From assembly GCA_045805065.1 (NCBI GenBank), contig JBJMMA010000170.1:1-23056 (forward strand): a stretch of DNA of 23,056 nt. Reading direction: 5' to 3'. The translations under genes were made by a program, and so were the position numbers. The stretch comes from Bdellovibrionia bacterium. Lineage in GTDB: Bacteria; Bdellovibrionota; UBA1018. Numbering within the stretch: position 1 is the first letter of the stretch; each line of letters begins with the position of its first letter. Positions 1-9,425 of the stretch are shown piece after piece. The notes under the pieces were generated by a model. The model did not search any database, was not told the DNA's origin, and saw nothing but the letters and a program-made list of their open reading frames with translations.

Positions 1-26
1 CGACCACCTTTTGGCAGCTTTTGGTT
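1..26. repeat. Truncated copy of the REP-like ACCAAAAG...CTTTTGGT palindrome family
   Basis: Bases 1-14 CGACCACCTTTTGG are identical to 3571-3584 and are followed by a second CTTTTGGTT; cut by the window edge. Confidence 0.7.
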
Positions 27-137
27 CTCACGCTATTTGCAGCAAATTTAGGCATTTGATCTAATTGCAAAAATGCTTAGCCTGGCTGTTTGAATTTCCA
101 AGCTGAGTCCCAAGCTGAGCCAATGTTAGGGGAGCGA

Positions 138-539
138 ATGCTAGCGACCGCAAAGCCCTATACCGAGAGCCCTACGATTCTGCTGATTGATGATGAGGAT
201 GCTATCCGTCATGTTCTGTCTCTAGCGTTGGAGTTTGAAGGCTATCAGGTATTTACTGCATCGAACGGAGAGGAAGGCCTCCGAACGCTGCGCCGGATTC
301 CACGTCCAGGATTGATCTTGTTGGATTTGATGATGCCGGTCATGGATGGCTGGGAGTTCATGGAAGTACTCCATAAAGATCCCGGCTTTTCAGATATCCC
401 GGTTGTGGTTATCACGGCCTTTAAAAACAGCAACGAGATCAAACATGCAGCTGCTGTCATCGAGAAGCCGGTCGAGTTGAATGAACTGTTCCAGGTTGCT
501 GGTCGATTCTGCCAAAGAAGAAAAGGTGGCCATGGCTAG
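138..539 (+). CDS. Single-domain response regulator (CheY-like receiver)
   Basis: ILLIDDE acidic pocket, LLDLMMP phospho-Asp, VITA and EKP motifs. ATG at 138 follows GGGGAG; the ORF track extends to a TTG at 90. Confidence 0.9.
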   Translation: MLATAKPYTESPTILLIDDEDAIRHVLSLALEFEGYQVFTASNGEEGLRTLRRIPRPGLILLDLMMPVMDGWEFMEVLHKDPGFSDIPVVVITAFKNSNEIKHAAAVIEKPVELNELFQVAGRFCQRRKGGHG

Positions 540-3345
540 CCGTGATTCTTCGGCAAGAAAAATTGAGGATTTTGAAGCTCACAACACGTTAGCGATTCTG
601 AGCGCTATCGTTGAGGGAACCCCTGATGCGATTTTCATAAAAGACGTGTCGGGCCGCTATATCATGATCAACGCGCCTGGTGCGAAATGGCTTGGCAAAG
701 ATGTAAGCGAGATCATTGGCAAGACGGATTGGGATTTGTTTGCTCCTGACATTGCCGAAGAATTCATTAAATCTGATCAGAAGATTTTAGCGACCGGACA
801 GACGATGAATTTTGATCAAGAGTTTGATGCAGGAGGTTCACATCGAATCGTCCATAGCGTCAAGGTGCCCTATAGAGACCCGAATGGAAATATCAGGGGC
901 ATCATTGGGATCTCTCGTGACATCTCAGGCTCAATGGAGAGTAAACAGCAATTAGAGAAGGCTAACTCCCTCATGAAGGCGACTCTTGAGTCTACGGCGG
1001 ATGGAATTCTTGTCATCGACAATGATGAGAACATCACAGGGTATAATCAGAACTTTCTCGATCTTTGGAAAATTAAAAAAAGCGATATTGATAAGCATGG
1101 ATACGAGTGGGCGCTCAAATTCGTTCTTGAGCAACTGTATCATCCCGAGCACTGCCTGGAGAGGATTCATGAGATCCGACGCTTTCCCGGCGAGGTAAGT
1201 TTTGACACGCTTTATTTCAAAGACGGAAGAGTCTTTGAGAGATATTCTCGGCCCCAGCGAATTGATGGTGCTGTTGTGGGTCGTGTGTTCAGTTATCGCG
1301 ACGTAACGAATGAAACCAGGGACCGCGCTGAGCGCGAGAACTATCTTGCGCTCCTGCGAACCACGCTCGATGCGACCAACGATGCAATTCTAGTCGTCAA
1401 CACCGAAGGGCGAACTGTCACCTACAACAAGAACTTCCTGAATGTATGGAGTATCCCACCCGAGATCATCGAGTCTCGAGATGATGCGGAGATGATCAAA
1501 TGGGTTAAAAATCAGATTAAGTCACCCGACGAATTCGTTAAAAAAGTTGAAGAGCTATATAAAAGCCCGTCAAAGGAAAGCTTTGATACGATTGAATTCA
1601 AATCAGGGAGAGTCCTGGAACGCTATTCTCGCCCTCATCGACTGGGAGACAAAGTCGTTGGACGAGTGTGGAGTTTTCGGGACGTCACAGCTAAAATCCA
1701 GGCGGAGCGCTCCTTGAAAGAAAGCGAGGCCAGAAAAGCTGCGATTCTTGCGTCCGCAATTGACCCGATAATCACCATGGACCGGGATGGAAAGATCGTT
1801 GAGCTCAATCCTGCCGCCGAGAAAACGTTTGGCTACATCAGCTCATATGCGATTGGCCGATCCATGGATTCCCTGATTATACCGCCGCGATTGCGTGAAG
1901 CTCATCGCAGAGGGATGGAACGTTATCTCGGAACAGGTGAGTCCCAGTATTTAGGGAGACGAGTGGAGCTTCCTGCGATGCGAGCCGATGGAACCGAATT
2001 TCCGGCAGAGGTCTCCATTATTGAAACGCGACTCGCAAATCAGTTTCTCTTCACAGGATTTATTCGAGATATTTCAGAGCGAAAACACAGCGAAGCCTTG
2101 ATTCGTCACGGCGCTGCTCAGATCAGGGCACTTGTGGAGGTGTCGCGCGATGTGATTGCGGCGGGTCTCGATCTTGGTCGCGTTTTAAATGCAGTGGTGA
2201 CACGAGTCTCGGCCTATTTTCAAGACGGGTGCGTGATTCGGCTCTTCAGTGAGGACTATACTCGTTTGAATACCGTTGCCTTCAGGCATTTTGACCCAAA
2301 AGCGGAAGAGTTCTTACGACCGTGGTTTGAAGGAGCCAACGAGTTTATCGATAAAGGTGCAACGCCTGATCTTCTGAAAGAGGGAAGGCCAGTCTCTGTC
2401 TCCGGTCCAGTCGAGGAGATCCGGAAAAGAATTGCGCCAGAGCTTTGGCCGGTTTTTGATCATTATCCTGTTCACTCATGGGTCATTGTTCCGCTGCGAA
2501 TGGCTGATCAGATGATCGGTACTCTGACCGTGTTTCGATATCGGTCCGCGCCTTCTTACACAGTTGAGGAAAACATCTGGCTCCAGGAAGTCGCCGATCG
2601 GGCCGCGCTGTCGATTGATAACGCAAGACTCTACACGGACGCTGTGCAGGCAATTCAGCTCAGAGAGGATTTCATGTCGATCGCGTCGCACGAGCTTAAA
2701 ACGCCCCTGACTCCATTGAAGATGCAGCTCCAGCTGCTGTCCCATCTGGTTCAGACGGGCGTGATGAACGTCGGACCACTCGAGGATAAGCTGAAGAAAG
2801 TGATTTCGGACTCGGATCAACAGATTGTCAGGCTTTCACGACTGGTGGACGACATCCTCGATGCGACCCGGCTTAGAACGGGTCAATTTGCTTTGCAACG
2901 TGAGATTGTTGATTTGAATTCTGTGGTCGCAGGCGCCATTGATCGTCTGAAAGAATCAAAGATGTCGGGCGCTAACGCCATTGAGTTTCATCCAGGCCAG
3001 CTGAAAGCAGGATTCTGGGATCGCTTGCGTCTTGAGCAGGTGGTGACCAATCTCATCAGCAATGCGCTCAAGTTTGGCGCGGGTAAGGCAGTGATTGTGA
3101 AAACTTCGATGCAAGATGGTTATGCCTTTTTCTCAGTCAAGGACTTCGGGATCGGAATCGCCAAGGAAAGTCATAAAAAAATATTTGAAAGGCTCGAAAG
3201 AGCTGTCTCCGTCAAGCAGTACGGAGGCTTAGGAATGGGCTTGTTCATCGCTCGACAAATTGTGGACCTCCACGGCGGTCGAATCCTTGTCGAAAGCAGT
3301 CCCGGAGCCGGCTCGACCTTCACAGTGGAACTGCCATTTCATTAA
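532..3345 (+). CDS. Cytoplasmic sensor histidine kinase (4 PAS + GAF + HisKA + HATPase_c)
   Basis: Four PAS repeats ending RDIS/RDVT/RDVT/RDIS, a GAF (VPLR...IGTLTV), H-box ASHELKTPL, N-box NLISNALKF, DFGIGI and GGLGMGL G-boxes; no obvious TM helix. ATG 532 overlaps the receiver stop. Confidence 0.93.
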   Translation: MASRDSSARKIEDFEAHNTLAILSAIVEGTPDAIFIKDVSGRYIMINAPGAKWLGKDVSEIIGKTDWDLFAPDIAEEFIKSDQKILATGQTMNFDQEFDAGGSHRIVHSVKVPYRDPNGNIRGIIGISRDISGSMESKQQLEKANSLMKATLESTADGILVIDNDENITGYNQNFLDLWKIKKSDIDKHGYEWALKFVLEQLYHPEHCLERIHEIRRFPGEVSFDTLYFKDGRVFERYSRPQRIDGAVVGRVFSYRDVTNETRDRAERENYLALLRTTLDATNDAILVVNTEGRTVTYNKNFLNVWSIPPEIIESRDDAEMIKWVKNQIKSPDEFVKKVEELYKSPSKESFDTIEFKSGRVLERYSRPHRLGDKVVGRVWSFRDVTAKIQAERSLKESEARKAAILASAIDPIITMDRDGKIVELNPAAEKTFGYISSYAIGRSMDSLIIPPRLREAHRRGMERYLGTGESQYLGRRVELPAMRADGTEFPAEVSIIETRLANQFLFTGFIRDISERKHSEALIRHGAAQIRALVEVSRDVIAAGLDLGRVLNAVVTRVSAYFQDGCVIRLFSEDYTRLNTVAFRHFDPKAEEFLRPWFEGANEFIDKGATPDLLKEGRPVSVSGPVEEIRKRIAPELWPVFDHYPVHSWVIVPLRMADQMIGTLTVFRYRSAPSYTVEENIWLQEVADRAALSIDNARLYTDAVQAIQLREDFMSIASHELKTPLTPLKMQLQLLSHLVQTGVMNVGPLEDKLKKVISDSDQQIVRLSRLVDDILDATRLRTGQFALQREIVDLNSVVAGAIDRLKESKMSGANAIEFHPGQLKAGFWDRLRLEQVVTNLISNALKFGAGKAVIVKTSMQDGYAFFSVKDFGIGIAKESHKKIFERLERAVSVKQYGGLGMGLFIARQIVDLHGGRILVESSPGAGSTFTVELPFH

Positions 3346-3586
3346 ACCAAAAGGTGGTCGCCTACTTTTGGTAGCGCACCTGCAGCAAAGTCCTGAAACC
3401 GAACAAAGCAAACAGAGTTCAGAATAAAGATAAAAGCCCTCGTTGTGACATCCTGTCACATTCCCCATCGCCTTCCTGGCTAGGAACGACTCGGTATTTC
3501 ACGTTCTTGTGAACTTGCTGTGATTTGCCCAGAGATCGTATGATGACGCGGTATCGCTACCAAAAGTAGGCGACCACCTTTTGGTT
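3345..3586. mobile_element. REPIN/MITE-like non-coding element bounded by perfect 32-bp terminal inverted repeats
   Basis: AACCAAAAGGTGGTCGCCTACTTTTGGTAGCG (3345-3376) is the exact reverse complement of 3555-3586. Each arm is itself a hairpin (ACCAAAAG-N11-CTTTTGGT). Mobility is inferred; no transposase is in the window. Confidence 0.6.
3438..3494 (-). ncRNA. Two-GGA-loop structured repeat, copy A (decayed basal stem about 3416-3515)
   Basis: Shares the exact 22-mer CCTCGTTGTGACATCCTGTCAC and GACTCGG with copies B and C. The minus strand reads CCGAGUC-GUUCC-UA-GCCAGGAAGGC-GAUGG-GGAAU-GUGACAGGAUGUCAC-AACGAGG. Expression as RNA is inferred. Confidence 0.6.
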
Positions 3587-4586
3587 AGGTCGCCAGGACT
3601 TGCGCGAGTTTCAGAAGGTCGGGGGAGAGGGACTTCTTTTTGCCGATGACGTCTTTGAATGGGACGCGTACGACTTTTCCGTCTCTTATACCCACCATCA
3701 CGTTGGAGATCCCGGCGGTCAGGTAGGCTGCGGCTGAGGCGCCTAGCGCTGAGGCTAGGAGGCGATCATGGGCTGTTGGGGCGCCACCGCGTTGGGTGTG
3801 GCCAAGGATTGCGACTTTTGCGCGATATCCGCGGCGCTCAAGATCATGGGCGAGGGAAGTGGTGGATCCGCCTTTCATTCCTTCGGTCACGACAATGATG
3901 CTGCTGGTTTTTCCGCGTCTCATGCCGCGATCAATCGTTGAGACGATTGAGGCTGCGGTTTCTTTTTTCTCGGGAACGATGATCGTTTCGGCGCCGCCAC
4001 CAATTCCGGTCTCAACAGCAATGAAGCCTGAGGCGCGGCCCATGACTTCAACGAGGAAAATGCGATCATGCGAGCTTGCGGTATCGCGAATGCGGTCAAT
4101 GGCGTCGACTGCTGTGTTGACGGCCGTATCAAAGCCAATCGTATCGTCGGTGCCTGCGATGTCATTGTCGATTGTGCCTGGAATTCCCATCGTTGGAAAA
4201 CCGGTTTCTTTTTCAAGAAGGTGAGCGCCTGTGAAAGATCCATCGCCACCGATGACAACGAGGCCATGGATCCCTTTGCGCTCCAGGATGTTTGCGGCTT
4301 CTCTGCGAACGGACTTCTTATGGAAAGCAGGGCAGCGGTCGGTCTTTAAAATCGTTCCGCCGCGCTGGATGATGTTGGCAACGGATGAGGCATCCAGGCG
4401 ATGAATCTGCCCTTCCAGCAATCCGCTATAGCCGCGCATGACGCCGTATACTTCCACGCCATGGGCAATGGCATATCGGACTACGGCGCGGACAGCGGCA
4501 TTCATTCCCGGAGCATCCCCACCGCTGGTGAGAACTCCGATGGATTTAAGCTTAATTTGCGAAGGAAGGTTTGGAACCTGAAGCAT
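3585..4586 (-). CDS. pfkA: ATP-dependent 6-phosphofructokinase
   Basis: TSGGDAPGMNAA, IGGDGS, PGTIDNDI, VEVMGR and LGHTQRGG motifs; ATG at 4586 with GAGGA upstream. Confidence 0.97.
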   Translation of the reverse strand: MLQVPNLPSQIKLKSIGVLTSGGDAPGMNAAVRAVVRYAIAHGVEVYGVMRGYSGLLEGQIHRLDASSVANIIQRGGTILKTDRCPAFHKKSVRREAANILERKGIHGLVVIGGDGSFTGAHLLEKETGFPTMGIPGTIDNDIAGTDDTIGFDTAVNTAVDAIDRIRDTASSHDRIFLVEVMGRASGFIAVETGIGGGAETIIVPEKKETAASIVSTIDRGMRRGKTSSIIVVTEGMKGGSTTSLAHDLERRGYRAKVAILGHTQRGGAPTAHDRLLASALGASAAAYLTAGISNVMVGIRDGKVVRVPFKDVIGKKKSLSPDLLKLAQVLAT

Positions 4587-4598
4587 CAATGACAGTCC

Positions 4599-6215
4599 TC
4601 ATGACTTAAGTTGGGATGGAAGAAGGCTTTTGCCAGAGCATTCACCTGGGATGGGAAGCTTCATCAGATCGCAAAGCGTAGGCATGATATCGGCAAGCGT
4701 TCCATCGTTCAGAGCAATGCGGGATGATTTTGGCGCAACAGCTGACCCTGGCGCGACCCAGATCGCAGGAACCGGATTGAGCGTGTGCTGCGTATGAAGT
4801 CTGTGCTCATGATCGCGCATTTCCTCGGCGTTGCCATGGTCTGCCGTGAGCAGGCAATGATAACCTGAGCGTTCCGCTGTTCCCACAACCAGAGCCAGGC
4901 ATTTGTCGAGCGCTTCCATGGCGCGAACGGTGGCTTCGTAATTTCCAGTGTGTCCCACCATGTCGGCATTGGCGAAGTTCATCAGAACGAAATCATACTT
5001 TCCGCTTTGAATCCGATCGGACGCCACTTTTGCGACTTCAAAAGCGCTCATTTCTGGCTTCAAATCATAGGTTGGAACATCCCGAGGCGATGCAACGAGC
5101 TCGCGGTCTTCGTTTTTGAAAGGCTGCTCTCGTCCGCCGTTAAAGAAGAAAGTAACGTGCGCGTACTTTTCAGTCTCTGCTGTACGCAATTGATAAAGTC
5201 CGCGCTCCTCAAGCCATTCGCCAAAGATATGATTGAGATTCTGAGGAGGGTAGGCGACCGCGACATTTTTGAAGTTCTTATCGTAAGTCGTCATGCCCGC
5301 GTAGGCGGAAGGTTTAAAGCCGCGGCCCCGGTCAAATTCCTTGAAATCAGGATCGGTGATCGCAATGGAGATCTCCCGCGCGCGATCGGATCGGAAATTA
5401 AAGAAGATCACGCTATCGCCATCTTTCATGGCGGCGTTTGCATCAAGCAAAGTTGGCTCGACAAACTCATCGGTCTTGCCGTCCTCATGCGACTTTTGAA
5501 CCGCAGCGATCGCAGGATGCTCGGCTGAGCTTGCGGCCATCTTGAAAACGTCAGACTGGCCGGTCATCGTCTTGTAAGCGCGCTCGATTCTCTCCCAGCG
5601 CTTATCGCGGTCCATAGCCCAGTAGCGTCCCATGACGGACGCGATCTCGGCCTTGGTTCCGCTCTTGTTTCCTTCAGAGAAAAGAGGATGTCTTAAGAGC
5701 TGCTGAACGTAGCCACCGTTTGCACCTCTTAGGGATGAGTCAGGCGGGGTGTCGCGACCATCCAGGAAGCAATGAACGCTCACGTTTGGAACGCCGAGCT
5801 TTGCGCAAAGATCCAGGAGCGCAAACAGATGCTCCATCGTACTATGGACGCCGCCATCCGAGAGTAGTCCCATCAGATGAACGCGACCTGTTTTCTTTGC
5901 GCCCGTTTCAATCGCCCCACGCAAAACAGGATTCTCAAAAAAGTCTTTATCGTAAATGGATTTCGAGATGCGGGTCAGATCCTGATAGATGATCCGACCT
6001 GCTCCCATGGTCATATGGCCCACTTCCGAGTTGCCCATGACCCCAGGCGGAAGGCCCACCGCCTCGCCGTGCGTGATCAGTTGGGAGTGGGGGTATTTCT
6101 GTATCAGCTCGCGGTAAAAAGGCATCTTCGCGTTATTAATCGCGTTGAAAGGCGAGTCTTTTCCGATACCAAAGCCATCTAAAACAATGAGAACCGTTTT
6201 TTGTGAAGAGGCCAT
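4599..6215 (-). CDS. gpmI: 2,3-bisphosphoglycerate-independent phosphoglycerate mutase
   Basis: LDGFG, MGNSEVGH (catalytic Ser), DGRDT, GRYWAMDRD, AETEKYAHVTFFFNGG, DMVGHTG, TADHGN. Start placed at MASSQK (6215). Confidence 0.97.
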   Translation of the reverse strand: MASSQKTVLIVLDGFGIGKDSPFNAINNAKMPFYRELIQKYPHSQLITHGEAVGLPPGVMGNSEVGHMTMGAGRIIYQDLTRISKSIYDKDFFENPVLRGAIETGAKKTGRVHLMGLLSDGGVHSTMEHLFALLDLCAKLGVPNVSVHCFLDGRDTPPDSSLRGANGGYVQQLLRHPLFSEGNKSGTKAEIASVMGRYWAMDRDKRWERIERAYKTMTGQSDVFKMAASSAEHPAIAAVQKSHEDGKTDEFVEPTLLDANAAMKDGDSVIFFNFRSDRAREISIAITDPDFKEFDRGRGFKPSAYAGMTTYDKNFKNVAVAYPPQNLNHIFGEWLEERGLYQLRTAETEKYAHVTFFFNGGREQPFKNEDRELVASPRDVPTYDLKPEMSAFEVAKVASDRIQSGKYDFVLMNFANADMVGHTGNYEATVRAMEALDKCLALVVGTAERSGYHCLLTADHGNAEEMRDHEHRLHTQHTLNPVPAIWVAPGSAVAPKSSRIALNDGTLADIMPTLCDLMKLPIPGECSGKSLLPSQLKS

Positions 6216-6284
6216 ATTTGCCCTTACTTTCCTAGAAGAGGAGGAAAGTCGCAAGGCCTAAGGGCCCTTAACTTTTAGGAACTG

Positions 6285-6782
6285 TTAAGAACCCTCGTTA
6301 TGATACGGATGGCCGCGAACGACACCCCATGCTCTATAGACCTGTTCTAAAAGCACAACGCGGGCCAGCTCATGGGGAAGAGTTTGGGGACCCAGGCTTA
6401 AAATTCCGCGGGCCTTTGAGCGAACTGCCTGCGAGAAGCCCAGGCTGCTTCCCACGCAGAGCGCAATCTCTGGAATGCTCTCGCTCTCCCATTGACGCAC
6501 CCTTTGCGCCCATTCCTGGGTCGAGAGGGCTTTGCCGCCTTCATCCAGGATGAAGAAAATCCCGCGCGGAGAAAGCTCGCTTTCAAGCTTCTCCAGCAGG
6601 ATCTGTCCTTCTTTTTCCTGAATCTGCTTTCGCGTGGCCGGCGATTTGTCAGGTACAGCAATGGGCTTGAGTTCGATTTCACGAACCGTAAGCCAGCCAT
6701 TGGCGAGCTGCAGATAATAGTCAGCCGCTTGCCTGAGACCAGGCGTTTTTACTTTGCCGAAGCAGACAATGCTGAGGCGCAC
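6285..6782 (-). CDS. rlmH: 23S rRNA pseudouridine-1915 N3-methyltransferase (SPOUT)
   Basis: LDEGGK and LSLGPQTLPHELARVVLLEQVYRA...GHPYH C-terminal signature; lies downstream of rsfS. Confidence 0.93.
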   Translation of the reverse strand: MRLSIVCFGKVKTPGLRQAADYYLQLANGWLTVREIELKPIAVPDKSPATRKQIQEKEGQILLEKLESELSPRGIFFILDEGGKALSTQEWAQRVRQWESESIPEIALCVGSSLGFSQAVRSKARGILSLGPQTLPHELARVVLLEQVYRAWGVVRGHPYHNEGS

Positions 6783-6792
6783 GACAAAAGTG

Positions 6793-7215
6793 TTAGTTCA
6801 GGCGGCTCGCGGCTGGGCCGTAGTATTCCGATGGGATCTTCACGCGTGGAGCATCTGCCCACAACGTTTCAAGATCGTAATACTCGCGCAATGCATCGAG
6901 AAAGATGTGAACGACAACATCGCCCATATCCATCAATACCCAGCGGCCTTCGCCGTAACCTTCAGCCGAGAGTACTTCTTGATCGGCCGAGGACATCACG
7001 CTTTCCACGGAGTCTGCGATGGATTGGACTTGGCGATCGGACATCCCGCTGCAAATCACGAAATAATCCGTGAAGCCCGAGAGATCCGTCATATCCAGGA
7101 TCTTGACGTTTTCAGCCTTCTTGTCGATTGCAGCGCGTGCACAGGCAAGCGCCTTTTCCTTGGAACGGTCGACAACGATCGATGAGCTGGTTTCTGTAGC
7201 TTTTTGTTCAGTCAT
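6793..7215 (-). CDS. rsfS: Ribosome silencing factor (Iojap family)
   Basis: DKKAENV, DYFVICSG.SDRQV, WVLMDMGDVVVHIF, REYYDLETLW. Confidence 0.95.
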   Translation of the reverse strand: MTEQKATETSSSIVVDRSKEKALACARAAIDKKAENVKILDMTDLSGFTDYFVICSGMSDRQVQSIADSVESVMSSADQEVLSAEGYGEGRWVLMDMGDVVVHIFLDALREYYDLETLWADAPRVKIPSEYYGPAASRLN

Positions 7216-7936
7216 AATTCTTTAGTTCGCTCCTGATACCATAAAGTCTGTTTTGCTTCAAATAGGCCAAAACCTGGGCTGAGAGCGCCCCTTCAGGCAC
7301 TTCTCCAGTGCGAGCGATCTGCTCGCGAATTTGAGTTGAGGAAAGTTCAGCGGCTTCGGTGGGGACTAAATGAAGATAGCTGTTCGTGCCTTTGATCCAC
7401 CAGACGTCCCTCTGAGTCGTCTTCTGAACCAGTCCGCTGGCTTCCCATTCGTTTAAGATCTTGAGCGAGCGCTCCTGGCCCTGCGGCTTGCGAGCCAGAA
7501 CAACCCAGTGGGAGAGGCTCAAAACGTCGGGAAATCGATGCCAGGTATGGAGCTGCTCCAATTGATCGGTTCCAATGACAAAGGCGATTTGCGATGTCTC
7601 ACGTCGGATGTCCTGAAGCGTATCAAACGTATACGTGGGGAGATCAGGACGGACCTTGGCTCTTTCGGCCTCTCTGAGGTCAATTCTTACGGCTCCCGAA
7701 TCGCCTGCAGGATGCGCATGCAGCAGGCCGATCTTGGCAAGCTCCACACGGTGCTCAAAGCTTGCCGTAGCAGGCTTATGAGGCGGCGTAGGCGAGGGAA
7801 TGATCCACACTTGCCTGACTCCAGGGATTTCAAACAATCCTCGAATCGCCTGCGCATGACCTAAATGAGGCGGATCAAAACGACCGCCAAAAAGAGCGAT
7901 CGTTTCAGACCAGCGAGGAGGGTTTGCCCTGCTCAT
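7208..7936 (-). CDS. nadD: Nicotinate-nucleotide adenylyltransferase
   Basis: FGGRFDPPHLGH (HxGH), PPHK, TYTFDTL, FVIGTD, WH, SSTQIR; obgE-nadD-rsfS synteny. Confidence 0.92.
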   Translation of the reverse strand: MSRANPPRWSETIALFGGRFDPPHLGHAQAIRGLFEIPGVRQVWIIPSPTPPHKPATASFEHRVELAKIGLLHAHPAGDSGAVRIDLREAERAKVRPDLPTYTFDTLQDIRRETSQIAFVIGTDQLEQLHTWHRFPDVLSLSHWVVLARKPQGQERSLKILNEWEASGLVQKTTQRDVWWIKGTNSYLHLVPTEAAELSSTQIREQIARTGEVPEGALSAQVLAYLKQNRLYGIRSELKNYD

Positions 7937-7942
7937 GACTTC

Positions 7943-9085
7943 TTAGCCCCGAATGTTCTGATCGTCAGGGAGCATGGTTTTCTTTGGTCCCTGATTGATC
8001 TGCTCGCGATAGCTCTTCAGCTCGTGGTAGACGCCAAACACAAGATCTTGAACGCCGGTTCCGCTCACCGCTGAGACCACATAGGGCTCATTGGCAACAG
8101 GATGCGTGCCACGAATGGAGTTGATGCGTTTTCTCAGCTCCGTGCGAGCGCGCTCAACAAGCTCTTGGTCTGCCTGAAGCAGATCGATCTTATTGATCAC
8201 AACGATCTCAGGCTTATGAAGAAGCTTTTCGTTGAAATAGCCAAGCTCTTTGCGAATGGCCTGATAGCGATGAATCATGATCTCAATCGCTTCTTGAAAG
8301 CTGTCTTCCATGTCAGGGCGTGTGGCGTCTTCGAGGAGCTGTGTTCCATCGAGCAGATGCACGAAAATTGCCGTGCGCTCAATGTGCTTCAGGAACTTAT
8401 GTCCCAAGCCCAGTCCGCGATGCGCACCTTCCACAAGTCCTGGAATGTCTGCGACCACAAAGGTCGAGAAATCAGGCAAAGACACAACGCCAAGGTTTGG
8501 CGTCAGAGTTGTGAACGCGTAATCAGCGATTTTTGGGCGTGCAGCGCTGATGCGCGAAATGAGCGTGGATTTGCCAGCGTTTGGAAATCCGATGATTCCT
8601 ACGTCAGCCAGGAGCTTGAGCTCCATCGTGATTTCGCGAGATTCGCCTTCTTCACCTGGCTGCGCAAAGCGCGGAGCTTGGTGAGTGGAAGTCGTAAAAT
8701 GCGCGTTGCCTTTTCCACCACGGCCACCTTTGCAGGCGATCCATTCCTGGCCATTGGTTTCGAAGTCGATCAAGACCTCACCGGTGTTGGTGTCCTTGAT
8801 GATCGTTCCCACAGGGACTTCGAGGATGATGTCTTCTCCATCGCGTCCGGCTTTATTCGTGCCGGATCCATGATGGCCGTTTTCGGCTTGATAAGAGCGC
8901 TTATAGCGAAAGTCTTGAAGGCTTCCGAGCTGCTCATTGGCAACGAAAATCACACTTCCGCCTTCGCCGCCGTCTCCACCATCGGGACCGCCGCGCGGGA
9001 TGAAGGTTTCGCGCCTAAAGCTCACGCTACCTGGACCGCCATGGCCGCCAGAAATCTTGATTTTTGCTTCGTCGATAAATCTCAT
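7943..9085 (-). CDS. obgE: Obg family GTPase ObgE/CgtA
   Basis: MRFIDEA, Gly-rich Obg fold GGPDGGDGGEGG, G1 GFPNAGKS, YAFTT, DIPG, NKID. Confidence 0.97.
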   Translation of the reverse strand: MRFIDEAKIKISGGHGGPGSVSFRRETFIPRGGPDGGDGGEGGSVIFVANEQLGSLQDFRYKRSYQAENGHHGSGTNKAGRDGEDIILEVPVGTIIKDTNTGEVLIDFETNGQEWIACKGGRGGKGNAHFTTSTHQAPRFAQPGEEGESREITMELKLLADVGIIGFPNAGKSTLISRISAARPKIADYAFTTLTPNLGVVSLPDFSTFVVADIPGLVEGAHRGLGLGHKFLKHIERTAIFVHLLDGTQLLEDATRPDMEDSFQEAIEIMIHRYQAIRKELGYFNEKLLHKPEIVVINKIDLLQADQELVERARTELRKRINSIRGTHPVANEPYVVSAVSGTGVQDLVFGVYHELKSYREQINQGPKKTMLPDDQNIRG

Positions 9086-9347
9086 GAAATTCTCTAATCT
9101 TTATTTATGAAAGTGTCGTACCTGATTTATTGACGCAACGCAATCAAAAGGGCCGCTTGCTGTCAGATGAATGCCTTGAGGCTCACCTTCATGGCTAAGG
9201 ACAGCTCAGTACGTATTTAAATTTTTATTGTTGAGCTCGGCAGGCCGAGCGGTTGTAGCTAAATTTCGGCTGGAGAAGGGGAGCTTCACAGGCGCGTCTT
9301 TATCGCACGGAGCAACAGAAATCGCAGGTCTTCTATCTCACTTATTT

Positions 9348-9391
9348 CAAAGCAAGAAAGCCCCGCTCAGAAAATGTGCTGAGCAGGGCTT
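9348..9391 (-). terminator. Probable intrinsic terminator after rplU-rpmA
   Basis: 13-bp stem 9358-9370/9379-9391 (one G-U on the minus strand) with an 8-nt loop, followed on the minus strand by an imperfect U-rich tail. Confidence 0.6.
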
Positions 9392-9425
9392 CCAAATGTC
9401 AGTCGATTACGCGTGAAAACGGTAA

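Noticed and set aside
98..119. CCAAGCTGAG direct repeat; CAAGCTGAG also occurs in the arm of copy C, and AATCGGG/AATCGAGTT of copy B resembles the 20201-20219 repeat
   Set aside because: Matches of about 9 nt are expected by chance in 23 kb; not enough to claim that the arms target or derive from these sites.
3229..3468. Short ORFs sharing the peptide VTGCHNEGF (also 18525-18761)
   Set aside because: The shared peptide is just the translation of the repeat's 22-mer. It is N-terminal in one ORF and C-terminal in the other, and covariation favours nucleic-acid structure.
8102..9097. 331-aa + strand ORF (similar long antisense ORFs at 10944-11789, 21516-22256, 19353-20006, 20746-21360, 9468-10037)
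   Set aside because: They lie antisense to well-conserved genes and have no recognisable motifs; typical shadow ORFs.
9086..9347. Long rpmA-obgE intergenic region with a 62-aa ORF (9228-9416)
   Set aside because: The ORF starts at TTG without an RBS, crosses the terminator and has no motif; I found no convincing RNA structure. Probably the obgE promoter region.
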